From positions 32,001 through 96,000 of the IMG/VR virus record IMGVR_UViG_3300047323_000304: 64,000 nucleotides of DNA; one strand, written 5' to 3'. A program made the translations under genes and the position numbers. Numbering within the stretch: the first letter of the stretch is position 1; each line of letters begins with the position of its first letter. Positions 47,890 to 58,652 of the stretch are shown here, piece by piece. The DNA is from a virus. Under the pieces are notes generated by a model that was given only the letters and a program-made list of their open reading frames with translations, was not told where the DNA came from and searched no databases.

Positions 47890-48783
47890 TTATTGTTTAA
47901 CATTCATTAATTCAGTAATTTTTTGGGTTTCATTTGCTATCTCAACTATATTCGCAGTTTGTTCTTGAATGGCTGAAGATATTTGTTCCATGCCTGCTGA
48001 TGTTTCACTCATGCTAATATTAATTTCTTCTATATTAGCAATTCTAAATATACTACTTTGTTTTAATTTTGCACTGTCCTCTTTTCCGATTTCAGTTTTA
48101 GTTAAAATTATCCTTGCTTTATCTTGTAACTCTTTTATAATTTGACTTATTGTTACGCTGGAATCTTTAACTCCTTCTGCCAACTTCCTTATTTCACTAG
48201 CAACTACTGCAAAACCTTTACCAGCTTCGCCAGCTCTAGCACTTTCTATACTTGCATTTAGTGATAATAGATTAGTTTGGTCTGCAATTTCTTTAATTGT
48301 TTCTGTTATTTTAGAAATGTCTTGCATTTTCTCATATAAATCATTTGCATTATTATAAATATTTGTGTTCTCTTCATGAAATCTATCCATAATTCCACCA
48401 TTATCTTTAGCACCTTTATATGCACTATTAACTCTTTCGGCAATGCTAAAAAGTGTTGCATTGATTTCTTCAACTGTAGCAGTAAATTCTTCTGATACAC
48501 TCGCAGATGATGTAATAGCATTACTAATTGATTCCATTTCTTTTAGTAATTTTGAATTGGACTTTTCTGCTGACTTCTTATAATCTTTAAATGATTTATC
48601 GTTAACTTCTAGTTCTGTATGTAGTTCTTTATTTTGTGATTCTAATTTTTTAATTTCATTATCTTTTTCAGATTTTAAGGCTTCTAGTTTCTCATTCATT
48701 TCTTTTTCTAAAGTTTCTCTTAATTCTTGTAACCCTTTTTCGTTTTTAAATAATTTTTTCATATTAATACACACTCCATTCAT
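47890..48783 (-). CDS. Soluble methyl-accepting chemotaxis protein (signalling domain only)
   Basis: [38 protein letters not shown] hairpin-tip signature; no TM segment. Confidence 0.93.
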   Translation of the reverse strand: MNGVCINMKKLFKNEKGLQELRETLEKEMNEKLEALKSEKDNEIKKLESQNKELHTELEVNDKSFKDYKKSAEKSNSKLLKEMESISNAITSSASVSEEFTATVEEINATLFSIAERVNSAYKGAKDNGGIMDRFHEENTNIYNNANDLYEKMQDISKITETIKEIADQTNLLSLNASIESARAGEAGKGFAVVASEIRKLAEGVKDSSVTISQIIKELQDKARIILTKTEIGKEDSAKLKQSSIFRIANIEEINISMSETSAGMEQISSAIQEQTANIVEIANETQKITELMNVKQ

Positions 48784-48888
48784 TTAATTTATTTTTGTTG
48801 GCTTTCATTACTGTGTCAACTCTAAATTGTCAGGATTAATTGCGTACTATGTTTAGTTTTATGTTTTCTATTTTTTTAGAATTGAGAA

Positions 48889-49086
48889 TTACTTTTCACT
48901 TGGTTCTTTATATAATTCCTCTTTGTGTTCATTAATATAGTCAATTATTTTTGTAGTTTCTCTTGAAGCGTTTAAACATATTTGTAACAGTTCGTTTGGA
49001 ATATGTTCTGTTGTACCTATATCTATCAAAGCATTTTTTGCTCTATAATAATTTTCAACTAGTCTTTGTGCATCTTGTTTCCACAT
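48889..49086 (-). CDS. Hypothetical protein
   Basis: AAAGGG RBS; co-oriented. Confidence 0.5.
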   Translation of the reverse strand: MWKQDAQRLVENYYRAKNALIDIGTTEHIPNELLQICLNASRETTKIIDYINEHKEELYKEPSEK

Positions 49087-49291
49087 ATATATCTACACCC
49101 TTTCTTCACATTTTTCTACAATACACTAAGTGTCCAATTGTCTTTGTTTATGCTGATTAATTTACCATTAAAATAATGGTAATTATAACCATGTATTAAA
49201 CATAAAGTATACATTACATTTCCCCTCCTTTTACTTCTCAATTTTATATATTATACTTTCTATAAAATTTGGTTTTTACTTGCTTTTTAAT

Positions 49292-49489
49292 TTATTTTGA
49301 CTCTATTAATATTTTACATATATTTCTTATTTCTGATTCTAAACCTTTATCATTGTTTATCTTTTCATAGAATTTTTCTTTATTGATTTTTAATTCTTCT
49401 AGCATTCTATTTTCAAAAATTATATGCATATTATTTGTTTTTGTATTTAAAGATACTTCAAATAGCTTTACTGTATTTTCTTGTTTCAC
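49292..49489 (-). CDS. Hypothetical protein
   Basis: GAGGTG RBS; co-oriented. Confidence 0.5.
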   Translation of the reverse strand: MKQENTVKLFEVSLNTKTNNMHIIFENRMLEELKINKEKFYEKINNDKGLESEIRNICKILIESK

Positions 49490-49515
49490 AATATCACCTC
49501 TATATTATTTATATT

Positions 49516-49821
49516 TTATTCTTTTATGTATCCACAATCTTCACAACCATACTTGTACATTATTTCGTAAATTTCTTTACCTTGCATTTCTCCTCTAGGC
49601 TCGTTCCATTTGTCTAATTCAACAATTTTTGAACTACATTTAGGGCATCTGCCTGTTCTATCAGCTAATGAATTTTTATCTTCTTCTAATTTATCAGCAA
49701 GTTCCTTAGGATTGTTACGAATGTCTAAAACTAACATATTAAGGTCTTGTATGGTTTCACTAACTTCATGATTATTTCTATTTATCGTTTGTGTTAACTC
49801 ATATGTATCTGTATCAATCAA
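49516..49821 (-). CDS. Zinc-ribbon hypothetical protein
   Basis: CPKC...CEDC. Confidence 0.6.
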   Translation of the reverse strand: MIDTDTYELTQTINRNNHEVSETIQDLNMLVLDIRNNPKELADKLEEDKNSLADRTGRCPKCSSKIVELDKWNEPRGEMQGKEIYEIMYKYGCEDCGYIKE

Positions 49822-49900
49822 GTTTTCATCACTTCCTTTCCTGTTGGATTAATCTTAGTTTAACATTATTGGATAAGCTTGTCAATATATTCTTTTTATT

Positions 49901-52153
49901 TTATTTATTATTAATATTTAAAGAAATAACTTTATCTTCAGTAGTTCTTGTATTAATCAAGAAAATGCCTTGATTACCACGCTTAGAGTACAAATAAGTA
50001 TACAAATCTCTTTCTTCATTTTTACTATTTGTAGGAGCAATATCATTAAGTATAAATGACTTATTCTTCCCTTTTAAAGTTTCTAATTCAAAATTAAACC
50101 CTTTATTAACATCAATGATAGCACTTATAATCTTGTTATCCTCATTTAACTTCATTCCTACATTCCCTTGGCTATTTGTACTTCCAACAGCGTTAAAATT
50201 ACTACTATTAAAGATTATTCCCTTTCCTTCGTCAGATACCGTTAATACATCTACATCTTTTTCAGAATAATATATGTCTAATACTCTACTTTTATTTGAG
50301 TAACATTTTTCTAGTTTTTTGTAAGATGACAAATACTTATCTATTTTGATCTTAGCCATATTCCCATCTTCATAAGCTACTAAAATAAATCCAGTTGGCT
50401 TTTCTACGGATACTATTTTGATTATTTCTTCATCATCTTCAAAACCTAACAATTTAGGTGAGAATGTACCAAAAGCAGATGGTTGATACTGTTCTAAATC
50501 AGAACATTGTAATCTATATCTTCTTTCTTTATTAGTAAATATTAATAAAGTAGATTTATTTGTAGTTGTGAAATCACCAAGTATAGTATTGCCTTCAACT
50601 ACTTTGTGATTATCAGATTGTTTAAGATGTTTCTTCATGTATTTGTTTGTGTAAAAAATACGGCAGTTGTAGTCTTGTACAAAATCTTCTTTATTAATTT
50701 CTTGTACTGCATCTTCGTGAATTATTTCTGTCTTTCTAGGCTGACTATATTCTTTTTCAACTCTTTCTAAATTTGATATAATTAGATTGATGATATAATT
50801 TTCATCTTGAATGTTTTCTTCCAATGTTTTTACTTCGTTTTGCAACTGTTCAATATCTTTAATTTGTTTAACTATATAATCTTTATTTACATTTTTTAGT
50901 TTAATTTCAACTACATATTCTGATTGTTTTTTATCAATTAAAAAATATTGCATTAAATCATCAATTGAATTTTCACTAAAACGAATAATTTCTATTGCTT
51001 TGTCAATATCTAATAAGACTTGTTTTAAACCTAATAATAGGTGTAAACTCGATTTCTTTTTATCTAAATCATAATTCATTGTATTTATTATACATTCTTC
51101 ACTAAAAGCTATCCAATTATCCAATATAGCTTTAATTCCTAACACTTTTGGAGAATTATTAACTAAACAATTCATATTAAAATTAAAATTAGTTTCTAAT
51201 GACGTATCTTTAAATAATTTTGCCATTAGAAAAGATATGTTAGTATTTTTCTTAACATCTATAGCTATTTTCAATTCTTCAATATTCTTTTCCTTATTAA
51301 ATCCCGTTTCATCTCTGACATCTGTTATATCTTTATACTTATCCATTTTTTCAGTAATTTCTTTAATAATTTTTTGAGCAGTTGTTGAATATGGAATCTC
51401 ATATACTTCAATACAACCTTCACTTTCAACATATTTATATTTACTTCTTAAACAAATACCTCCACGTCCTGTGTTATAGATAGCTTTTAGTTGTTGATTA
51501 TCATATATCAATTGTCCTCCTGTTGAGAAATCAGGCGTTAAATAATCTATAATTTCAATATCCTTATTAATTATATATGCTTTAGTAACTTTGCATACTT
51601 CTGATAAGGGAAAACTTCCCCAATTGCAAGCTTCTCCTACAGCTATTGCACTGTTAGGTTTAACTAATATATTAGGATATGTATTTGGTAAAACTATTGG
51701 TTGGTAATGTCCATCTTCTCCGACAAGTTTTACTGCATTTTGTTTCAACCCATTGAACATTTCTTCACTAAATTTATTTAACCTACAAAAAGTATATCTC
51801 ATATGACTAGGACTATCGGTTGAATAAACTTTTCCAAATGAACCATCACCATCAATAAAAGGATGTAATAAAGTTTCATTTCTATCGGTTAATAATGCTA
51901 GTGATCCATAAGCACTACTATCTCCATGATTATGAATTTTTAATGTTTCTGACACTGGTTCTGAGGATTTTGCATAAGGTTTATCATAAGTTAATCCCCT
52001 ATTGTACATTGCATATAGTATTCTTCTATGTATTGGAAGGCAACCATCACGAACATCTGGAAGTGATCTATCAACTATAGTAGCAATGGCATATGACATG
52101 TAAGATTCCTTCATTCTTTCATGAAGTTCTACGTATTCTATATTATTATTCAT
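49901..52153 (-). CDS. Type IIA topoisomerase subunit A (GyrA/ParC-like)
   Basis: YAIATIVDRSLPDVRDG..PIHRRILYAM, HNHGDSS.YG, MRY catalytic Tyr, PDFSTGG. Confidence 0.95.
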   Translation of the reverse strand: MNNNIEYVELHERMKESYMSYAIATIVDRSLPDVRDGCLPIHRRILYAMYNRGLTYDKPYAKSSEPVSETLKIHNHGDSSAYGSLALLTDRNETLLHPFIDGDGSFGKVYSTDSPSHMRYTFCRLNKFSEEMFNGLKQNAVKLVGEDGHYQPIVLPNTYPNILVKPNSAIAVGEACNWGSFPLSEVCKVTKAYIINKDIEIIDYLTPDFSTGGQLIYDNQQLKAIYNTGRGGICLRSKYKYVESEGCIEVYEIPYSTTAQKIIKEITEKMDKYKDITDVRDETGFNKEKNIEELKIAIDVKKNTNISFLMAKLFKDTSLETNFNFNMNCLVNNSPKVLGIKAILDNWIAFSEECIINTMNYDLDKKKSSLHLLLGLKQVLLDIDKAIEIIRFSENSIDDLMQYFLIDKKQSEYVVEIKLKNVNKDYIVKQIKDIEQLQNEVKTLEENIQDENYIINLIISNLERVEKEYSQPRKTEIIHEDAVQEINKEDFVQDYNCRIFYTNKYMKKHLKQSDNHKVVEGNTILGDFTTTNKSTLLIFTNKERRYRLQCSDLEQYQPSAFGTFSPKLLGFEDDEEIIKIVSVEKPTGFILVAYEDGNMAKIKIDKYLSSYKKLEKCYSNKSRVLDIYYSEKDVDVLTVSDEGKGIIFNSSNFNAVGSTNSQGNVGMKLNEDNKIISAIIDVNKGFNFELETLKGKNKSFILNDIAPTNSKNEERDLYTYLYSKRGNQGIFLINTRTTEDKVISLNINNK

Positions 52154-52163
52154 AAATTACCTC

Positions 52164-54080
52164 CTAATCTTCAATTAAAGAAAAATCAAAATATTTGTGA
52201 CCTTCTAATTCTATTAATTCTTTTCTTTGTGGTAAAGTTTTATCAGACATACATATCTCTACCATCTCTATACCTTTTTCTACTTCTTCCCAAGTCACGC
52301 ATTTCATTTTTCTTTTTTTAATATCCATTGCTGTTTTATTTAGTATTTGTGGTTTTAAACCACCAATTCCTTTGTATCTAGTTTCAGTAAACTTATCTCC
52401 ATTAAATGATTTAACTATTTCGTTTCTCTCTTCTTCACTGTATGCAAATATCTCATCTTTTTTATGATTGATTATATATAGTGGTGTATATAGTATATAA
52501 ATTCTTCTTTGTTTTATTAGTTCTGGTGCAAATGTATAGAATAAGGTCAACAACAAAGTTTCTATATGTTGCCCATCTGTGTCCATATCTCGACATATTA
52601 AGACATTTTTCACATTTAAGCTATCAATATTAAAATTAGGAACTCCTTTTATTTGTTTTCCTTTATATATCATTCCACAACCTAAAATTTTAAATAAATC
52701 TTTTACTTCACTATTATCCAACACCTTGTCCAGTTTATTCTTAATTGAATTTATTATCTTTCCCTTTAATGGATAAATGCACATTGTTTTTGCATCACGG
52801 CTACTCTTTATGGAATTAAGAGCTGAATCTCCCTCTATAACTATAAGTTCAACTTCGTTTGCATATTTACTTCTACAAGGTACAAATTTATCAGGTCTAA
52901 CTTTATTATTTGATATACCTTCTTCTAGTTTTTTTCTTAAATCTTTTCTACTACTTTCGGCTTTCTCATTTGCTCTTTTAGTTAAAAGAATTTGCTCAAC
53001 CATTTTAATAAATTCGTCTTTTCTTTCTATTTGCAATATTTCTAAATATTCTTGGATATATTTTTTGGCTATTTTCCCATATAATTCTTTTTGGCTGGAG
53101 AATTTAGTTTGAGATTGAAATTCTACGTTGCTAGAAAGAACTGACACAACAAAATTAACACTATTTGTTACATCATCTATTGATATAATCTTTTCATTCT
53201 TACTATATAAAGCATTTTCTTTTGCATATTTATGTACAAAAGTTTTTATCCCTTCAAGCACTCCTTTATTAATTATTCCACCTTCAGATAAATAGTTCCT
53301 ATTTAAATATGCTTCTTGTATTGGCTCTATAGAAGTTGAAAACAATAATTCTATTTTTGTAATTTCATTTTCATCATTATAAATCTTTTGATTACATTTA
53401 AAATAATTATTTTCTTGTATGTTTTGATTATAATAGTCTTCTAAAGTATCATAGTGATATGATGATGTTTCTCCATTATATGTAAAATCAATAATAGTCT
53501 TTGGCGATGATGAGCTTGCTTTATTAATTATATCTTTCAAATCTAAGGGGTTATATTTTGTTTTCGTATAACATTCTTTATCTAATTTAAAAGTTATTTC
53601 AGTACCATGTTTATTTGTTTTTCCTATGTAAGTTAAAGGTGTTTTAATATCTCCTCCATTTTCAAATTCAATAATATATTCTTTCCCATCATACCATGAC
53701 CTAACATCATATCTAACACTACTAAATTGTAAACATACACCTCCAACACCATTGACTCCTGAGTTCTCAGCATCTTCTGTATCATATTTTCCCGAAGCAA
53801 AAAGTATTGTAAAAAATAACTCCCAGTTTGGGACATCATCGCTTACTTCTCCTATAGGCATTCCACGACCTGTATCACTAACTGTAATAGTCTCTAAATC
53901 TTCATGCAATAGTATGCTTATAACTCCATTATCAAAATTATTAGTTATTTCATCGATTGTATTATTAATTCCCACTTCTCTAAATCCATGCATGAAATTA
54001 TCTCTACTTCCATAGAAAATGGGAAGTTTTTCTCTAGCTTTTTCTCTATCATTTAATGTTCTTATTTTATCAAATGCCAT
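52164..54080 (-). CDS. Type IIA topoisomerase subunit B (GyrB/ParE-like)
   Basis: GHKL: DTGRGMP, SGKYD, GVNGVG; Toprim: IEGDSA, PLKGKI, DMDTDG; RYKGIG. Confidence 0.95.
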   Translation of the reverse strand: MAFDKIRTLNDREKAREKLPIFYGSRDNFMHGFREVGINNTIDEITNNFDNGVISILLHEDLETITVSDTGRGMPIGEVSDDVPNWELFFTILFASGKYDTEDAENSGVNGVGGVCLQFSSVRYDVRSWYDGKEYIIEFENGGDIKTPLTYIGKTNKHGTEITFKLDKECYTKTKYNPLDLKDIINKASSSSPKTIIDFTYNGETSSYHYDTLEDYYNQNIQENNYFKCNQKIYNDENEITKIELLFSTSIEPIQEAYLNRNYLSEGGIINKGVLEGIKTFVHKYAKENALYSKNEKIISIDDVTNSVNFVVSVLSSNVEFQSQTKFSSQKELYGKIAKKYIQEYLEILQIERKDEFIKMVEQILLTKRANEKAESSRKDLRKKLEEGISNNKVRPDKFVPCRSKYANEVELIVIEGDSALNSIKSSRDAKTMCIYPLKGKIINSIKNKLDKVLDNSEVKDLFKILGCGMIYKGKQIKGVPNFNIDSLNVKNVLICRDMDTDGQHIETLLLTLFYTFAPELIKQRRIYILYTPLYIINHKKDEIFAYSEEERNEIVKSFNGDKFTETRYKGIGGLKPQILNKTAMDIKKRKMKCVTWEEVEKGIEMVEICMSDKTLPQRKELIELEGHKYFDFSLIED

Positions 54081-54100
54081 TATGTATTCCTCCTAATATC

Positions 54101-54367
54101 TTATTCTATGTCATAATCATATCTAGCTTTATCAGCTTCATAAACGTCTTTATATTCAAATCTATAAAGATTATCTCTTTGTGTTAATTCTTCAAATTTA
54201 ACTATTTCTATATTTTCATATTCTAGGTATTCTTTTGCTTTTTCTAATAAGACATCTTCTAATAATTCTTGATCCTCTATGCAACCTTCTTCAATTGTTA
54301 AAACCAATTCTGGAGTCATATGTATATCACCTAACCAAAAATTTATAAATACTCTATAATCAATCAT
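54101..54367 (-). CDS. Acidic hypothetical protein
   Basis: GGAGG RBS; co-oriented. Confidence 0.5.
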   Translation of the reverse strand: MIDYRVFINFWLGDIHMTPELVLTIEEGCIEDQELLEDVLLEKAKEYLEYENIEIVKFEELTQRDNLYRFEYKDVYEADKARYDYDIE

Positions 54368-54781
54368 TTATATTTCCTCCTTAGCTATTTCTAAAGCTAC
54401 TTTCCAATATGCTTCTAATAAAGTACCTTCAAAAACTATATTCCTTTTGTCTGTTCCCTCTTGGAATTCATATAGAGAATATGCAAAAGACTTATCATCA
54501 TAATATTGTAATTCCATTCCATAGCCTTTATCTTCAATAAATTTCCTTAACCGAGTTTCTATAAGAAGTGGAATCATATATGCTATTGACGACATATTAT
54601 CTCTCATAGAATGATATAGAATTCCTTCTTCATCTTCTTTTATGTAATCTAAGCACTCAACTTGACTTAAATCAGCAGAATCAATGTATAAATCATATCG
54701 TCTAGGCTTCCACCAGTTTAAAAATACTTTTTGTATATTTTCTTCTAATCCTTTAAATTGTTCTAATTTTATAAATTCCAT
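54368..54781 (-). CDS. Hypothetical phage protein
   Basis: GGAGAG RBS; VFLNWWKP...LLEAYWKVALEIAKE. Confidence 0.6.
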   Translation of the reverse strand: MEFIKLEQFKGLEENIQKVFLNWWKPRRYDLYIDSADLSQVECLDYIKEDEEGILYHSMRDNMSSIAYMIPLLIETRLRKFIEDKGYGMELQYYDDKSFAYSLYEFQEGTDKRNIVFEGTLLEAYWKVALEIAKEEI

Positions 54782-54947
54782 TTTAATCTCTCCTAACTTA
54801 ATCTATAATTTATTCAACTTTAAATGAAATACAAATTTTACGGGGTTATTCTGCAATTAATGTTCGTATTTCTTGTATAATTTAATCTATTATTCCGTTA
54901 TTTTTATCAATTATGCAATATTTCAATTTGTATTATTCGTGTTTTTA

Positions 54948-55316
54948 TCAAAATCCATTGCAACCTTCATCATAAGGATCTTTTTTAATTTTATCGCCTT
55001 TATCTTTTTTATCTAAGTATTTCATAAATTTACTAAACCAATTTCCTTCATCATAAACTACTTTTATTGGTGGAGGAGTTGGTTTAATTTTAACAGCTTC
55101 ATCTAAATTATTTAAGTGTTTCATAAACTCACTATCAAATAATTCTAATTTTATTTCTCTTAACAACTCATTATCTTCAATATTAAATATATCTCCATCA
55201 GTTCTAACTTTATAAGCTATCTTATGTATAAGTTGTCCAAATCTTAAATCAGGACTTTCTATCCACAATTCTGTTAGTATTTTCATGAATGGTTCTATTC
55301 TATTTACATCTCTCAT
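54948..55316 (-). CDS. Hypothetical phage protein
   Basis: MRDVNRIEPF...W...PDLRFGQLI motif. Confidence 0.65.
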   Translation of the reverse strand: MRDVNRIEPFMKILTELWIESPDLRFGQLIHKIAYKVRTDGDIFNIEDNELLREIKLELFDSEFMKHLNNLDEAVKIKPTPPPIKVVYDEGNWFSKFMKYLDKKDKGDKIKKDPYDEGCNGF

Positions 55317-55332
55317 TTGCTATTCGCCCTTC

Positions 55333-55569
55333 CTATAATTCTATTTTAATAATTTCGTATTTTATACCTATATCATTTAATCCATTAATTAAATTCTCTA
55401 ACCAATCTTCGTTAGTATAATCTTCTTCAAAATCATCAACTATTTGAACCCCATTTGCAAAAGTTCTAATATTATTTATTAGTTTTTCGTATGTAAAAAT
55501 ATCATTTTTTTTAATTCCCTGTTCTGTATTAGCTTCTTGAAATACTATTTCTATTTTCATGATAATCAT
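55333..55569 (-). CDS. Hypothetical protein
   Basis: Co-oriented ORF. Confidence 0.5.
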   Translation of the reverse strand: MIIMKIEIVFQEANTEQGIKKNDIFTYEKLINNIRTFANGVQIVDDFEEDYTNEDWLENLINGLNDIGIKYEIIKIEL

Positions 55570-55620
55570 CTTCCTTCTAATATTATTTTTAATTTATTAA
55601 CAGTTGATAAAACAAGCAAT

Positions 55621-55995
55621 TTATTTTGATTTTAATAAATCTATTGCTATTTTATAAATAGGAACTTCACTATATCTATCAAGTCTTTTAGCACTTGTTG
55701 CACACTCGAATAATCTATATATAAATTTATTATCATTTAATAATTCTTTGGCTAATTTTATTTGTAACTTTTTAAAGAAATCGTTAGCTTCTTTTTCGGT
55801 TCTAAATATGTATTGTTCATATGATCTTGTTAGAACTTCTATTCCACCAGTACACCACACACCTTCATAAGGATTAGGAAATCCATCTATCATAAATAAC
55901 TCTTGTTTTACAATTGACTCAGCATAAACACCTAATCCATCTGAACAAACACCGTATACTTTATCATCTATTTTTAAATCTTCTAGTTTAATCAT
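55621..55995 (-). CDS. Hypothetical protein
   Basis: GGAGG RBS; start overlaps previous stop region. Confidence 0.55.
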   Translation of the reverse strand: MIKLEDLKIDDKVYGVCSDGLGVYAESIVKQELFMIDGFPNPYEGVWCTGGIEVLTRSYEQYIFRTEKEANDFFKKLQIKLAKELLNDNKFIYRLFECATSAKRLDRYSEVPIYKIAIDLLKSK

Positions 55996-56224
55996 CTAAC
56001 TTTACCTCCTTATCGAGTTTTCTAATACCAATATTATTATTTTCTCTAATAAATTCAACTTTACCACCAAATAATATTGCTCCAGTATCTTGTTCAGTAT
56101 TTAATAAGTCATCTATCATATTTTCTATTCTATTAATAACTTCTTTATGTTCTTCATTATTGGTAAATCCAAAATTTAGACTTAAGTTAAATCCTATTAT
56201 TTTGTTATTATCCATTTTTATCAC
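55988..56224 (-). CDS. Hypothetical protein
   Basis: Co-oriented ORF. Confidence 0.5.
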   Translation of the reverse strand: MIKMDNNKIIGFNLSLNFGFTNNEEHKEVINRIENMIDDLLNTEQDTGAILFGGKVEFIRENNNIGIRKLDKEVKLDD

Positions 56225-56371
56225 TCTTCTTTCTAAATCTTTTATAAATTTTATCTATATATTCCAGACACATTCCTATTATTGCATATATCAATATAGT
56301 TCCTACAATCTCCATTAGTGCATTTCCTCTCTCTGTTTATATTTTATTCAAATCACCATCAAATCAAAGTT

Positions 56372-56569
56372 TTAATTGGATTTAATTTCCTCAAAATCTT
56401 CACAAGTAAACCCATATCCACAATTACATTTATGTAATTTACACCAACCACCTTCTATAAAGTATGGATAATTCTTAATATAATTTTTACAACCATATTC
56501 ACATTGCCCTACAAAATCTTGTAATGGTTCTGATACATATAAAAAATCATTTACCTTAATCAAATTCAT
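56372..56569 (-). CDS. Cys-rich hypothetical protein
   Basis: CEYGCKN...WCKLHKCNCGYGFTC. Confidence 0.55.
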   Translation of the reverse strand: MNLIKVNDFLYVSEPLQDFVGQCEYGCKNYIKNYPYFIEGGWCKLHKCNCGYGFTCEDFEEIKSN

Positions 56570-56736
56570 ATCTTTTTTATCAGGTAATGGATGTTGATTA
56601 AGCCATTTAATTTGTTCTTGTATTTCTTCTTGTGTTGGATGAAAACTCTTCCTAAAATTTGCAAATATATCATTTCACTTCCTTTCTAAACTAATACTAC
56701 CATAAGTTACTATTTAATTCAAGTATTCTTTTTATT

Positions 56737-56972
56737 TTATTTATATCTTTTTAAACATTTAATAAATGGTTTAGATACAGTTATATATCCTACATCAATA
56801 GTAGTATCTGTTTCTTTACACTTTCCTTCAATTGTTGTATCTATAAAAGCTACTGTTTCTTGGTTTTGATAAACTTCTATGGCTCAAGAATGCTAATGTC
56901 TATTGTAACTTCTCCATAGTCTGAATTAGCTTTAAATAATCCATATCTCTGTTTGTTTCTTAATTCTAACAT
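56737..56972 (-). pseudogene. Probable frameshifted small gene
   Basis: GGAGGTG RBS + MLELRNKQ...ILEP*, continuing in another frame as AIEVYQNQETVAFIDT...KRYK*. Confidence 0.4.
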
Positions 56973-57017
56973 TTTAACACCTCCTAATATCTGTAAATAA
57001 AATATCTATTTTACAAG

Positions 57018-57476
57018 TTATCTAATATTTATTATTTCATATTCTTTATCAATATAAATGTAATGACCATAATTCATATAATCAAGACTAACGGATGTTT
57101 GTACTATTCTGTGTTGTTTAACATCTAACAATGCAAAAGGATATTCTGGATTTATTTCTGAATTATCTAATACTTGATACTCTTCATTAATACCATCTTT
57201 ATTTACTAATAAGATAGATCCAATATTAATTTGCATATCTTCTGATTTTGATGTACATTTAGCATAATCATCCATTCCAACAAATGATGCTTGAGATAAT
57301 ATTTCCTTATCAAAATTGTCTTCATCATCTCCTAATATCATATTATAAGCATCTAGTCTATCTTGCTTGGTTAATTTAATATTATCTAATTGTTCCTGTC
57401 CTCTTTTACTTCTAGTATTTTCACCTTTATTATATATGGTTTCAATTACTGAACCATTTTCTAATTCTATTCTCAT
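57018..57476 (-). CDS. Hypothetical protein
   Basis: GGAGGAGG RBS. Confidence 0.55.
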   Translation of the reverse strand: MRIELENGSVIETIYNKGENTRSKRGQEQLDNIKLTKQDRLDAYNMILGDDEDNFDKEILSQASFVGMDDYAKCTSKSEDMQINIGSILLVNKDGINEEYQVLDNSEINPEYPFALLDVKQHRIVQTSVSLDYMNYGHYIYIDKEYEIINIR

Positions 57477-57480
57477 CTTA

Positions 57481-57753
57481 TTATTCCTCCTCCTCTATTT
57501 CTATTTTGGTGATATGTAATCTCTTATTCGTATCTGATATTTGTTCTATTACATTACTAACTCCATCTTGGTCATCATTGCCACAGTATTCATCATTACA
57601 TATATAATGATTTACTTGCCATGATACAATTTCTTCTTCCTTAACTAATTGTTCTAATAAACAAGCACTGCAATAATTTTTCCCTTCATATTTGTATTCT
57701 GCAAATTCAGTTTTACATTCGTCACACCAAATATCATTATCTTTGTCTTTCAT
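57481..57753 (-). CDS. Zinc-binding hypothetical protein
   Basis: CDEC...YCSAC. Confidence 0.6.
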   Translation of the reverse strand: MKDKDNDIWCDECKTEFAEYKYEGKNYCSACLLEQLVKEEEIVSWQVNHYICNDEYCGNDDQDGVSNVIEQISDTNKRLHITKIEIEEEE

Positions 57754-57758
57754 TTTAA

Positions 57759-58136
57759 TTAGTCCTCCTTCTTATATTTTAATATTAATTGTAATTTATC
57801 ATCATTATTCCATTCATTGATTTCGTCTAATGTCATGTCTTCTAATACATCATAATCAATATACCAAACATATTGCTCATCTAAAACTTCAACCTTAATT
57901 TCTTTTATATTGCATATTGGAACATAAGTATTATCATCTTTGTTGTATAATATTTTTTCTCCTCTTAAAATCCAGTAATGTACAAAAGAATATTTACTAC
58001 TATATGTATATTTATTATCAGTTATAACTTCCTTTGAGTCATCTTTATAATAAATAGTTGCTTGATATAAATAGTATTTTTGTCTTTTAAACTGTTTAGC
58101 TAAATGTCTATAATATAATTCTTTAAGTTTATTCAT
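57759..58136 (-). CDS. Hypothetical protein
   Basis: AAGGAG RBS. Confidence 0.55.
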   Translation of the reverse strand: MNKLKELYYRHLAKQFKRQKYYLYQATIYYKDDSKEVITDNKYTYSSKYSFVHYWILRGEKILYNKDDNTYVPICNIKEIKVEVLDEQYVWYIDYDVLEDMTLDEINEWNNDDKLQLILKYKKED

Positions 58137-58268
58137 ATTTCATATCTCCTTTATTCATATTCTTTTTATTTTATTAAGTTAGGGTAAAATTGGAATTTTA
58201 ATTGGTTATTATTTAATTTAGTGCTTGAAAATACAAGCATTTAAGAGTATATGTGAGTATGGGAGAGT

Positions 58269-58652
58269 TTAATTTTCCAACTTACTCATTTTATAACCTA
58301 ATTTTGCACATTTGTTTTCTAATTCCTTTTTCTCAATAGTTGTTTTGATTGTATTAATTAAATTATCATCAATAAGTTCTTTATGTACCTCAAACATTGT
58401 GGCTAATAAATATTGATAATCTTTATTTATTATACTTAATACCATATTGTTTAAAAATTGTTCATCTATGTGTTTTATCAAGAACGTTTCTGAAGTATTT
58501 AGTATTTCACATAATTTAGGTAGATACTTTTTGGGAATAGGTCTTGTTCCTTTTGCCCAAATACTTATAAGTTGTTTACTTACATCTAATTTATTAGCCA
58601 ATTCTTTATTTTGCATATTACTATTTTTTAATAAAAATTCTAACCCATTCAT
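58269..58652 (-). CDS. XRE-family HTH regulator
   Basis: MQNKELANKLDVSKQLISIWAKGTRPIPKKYLPKLCEIL. Confidence 0.85.
   Translation of the reverse strand: MNGLEFLLKNSNMQNKELANKLDVSKQLISIWAKGTRPIPKKYLPKLCEILNTSETFLIKHIDEQFLNNMVLSIINKDYQYLLATMFEVHKELIDDNLINTIKTTIEKKELENKCAKLGYKMSKLEN

Noticed and set aside
48790-48885. c-di-GMP riboswitch or sigmaD promoter upstream of the MCP
   Set aside because: Lacks the GGCAAA/GAAA/GACGCAAA layout and the TAAA-N15-GCCGATAT consensus
57018-57476. Terminase-like N-terminal motif (IELENGS..ET...RSKR)
   Set aside because: No Walker A or nuclease domain; ORF too short
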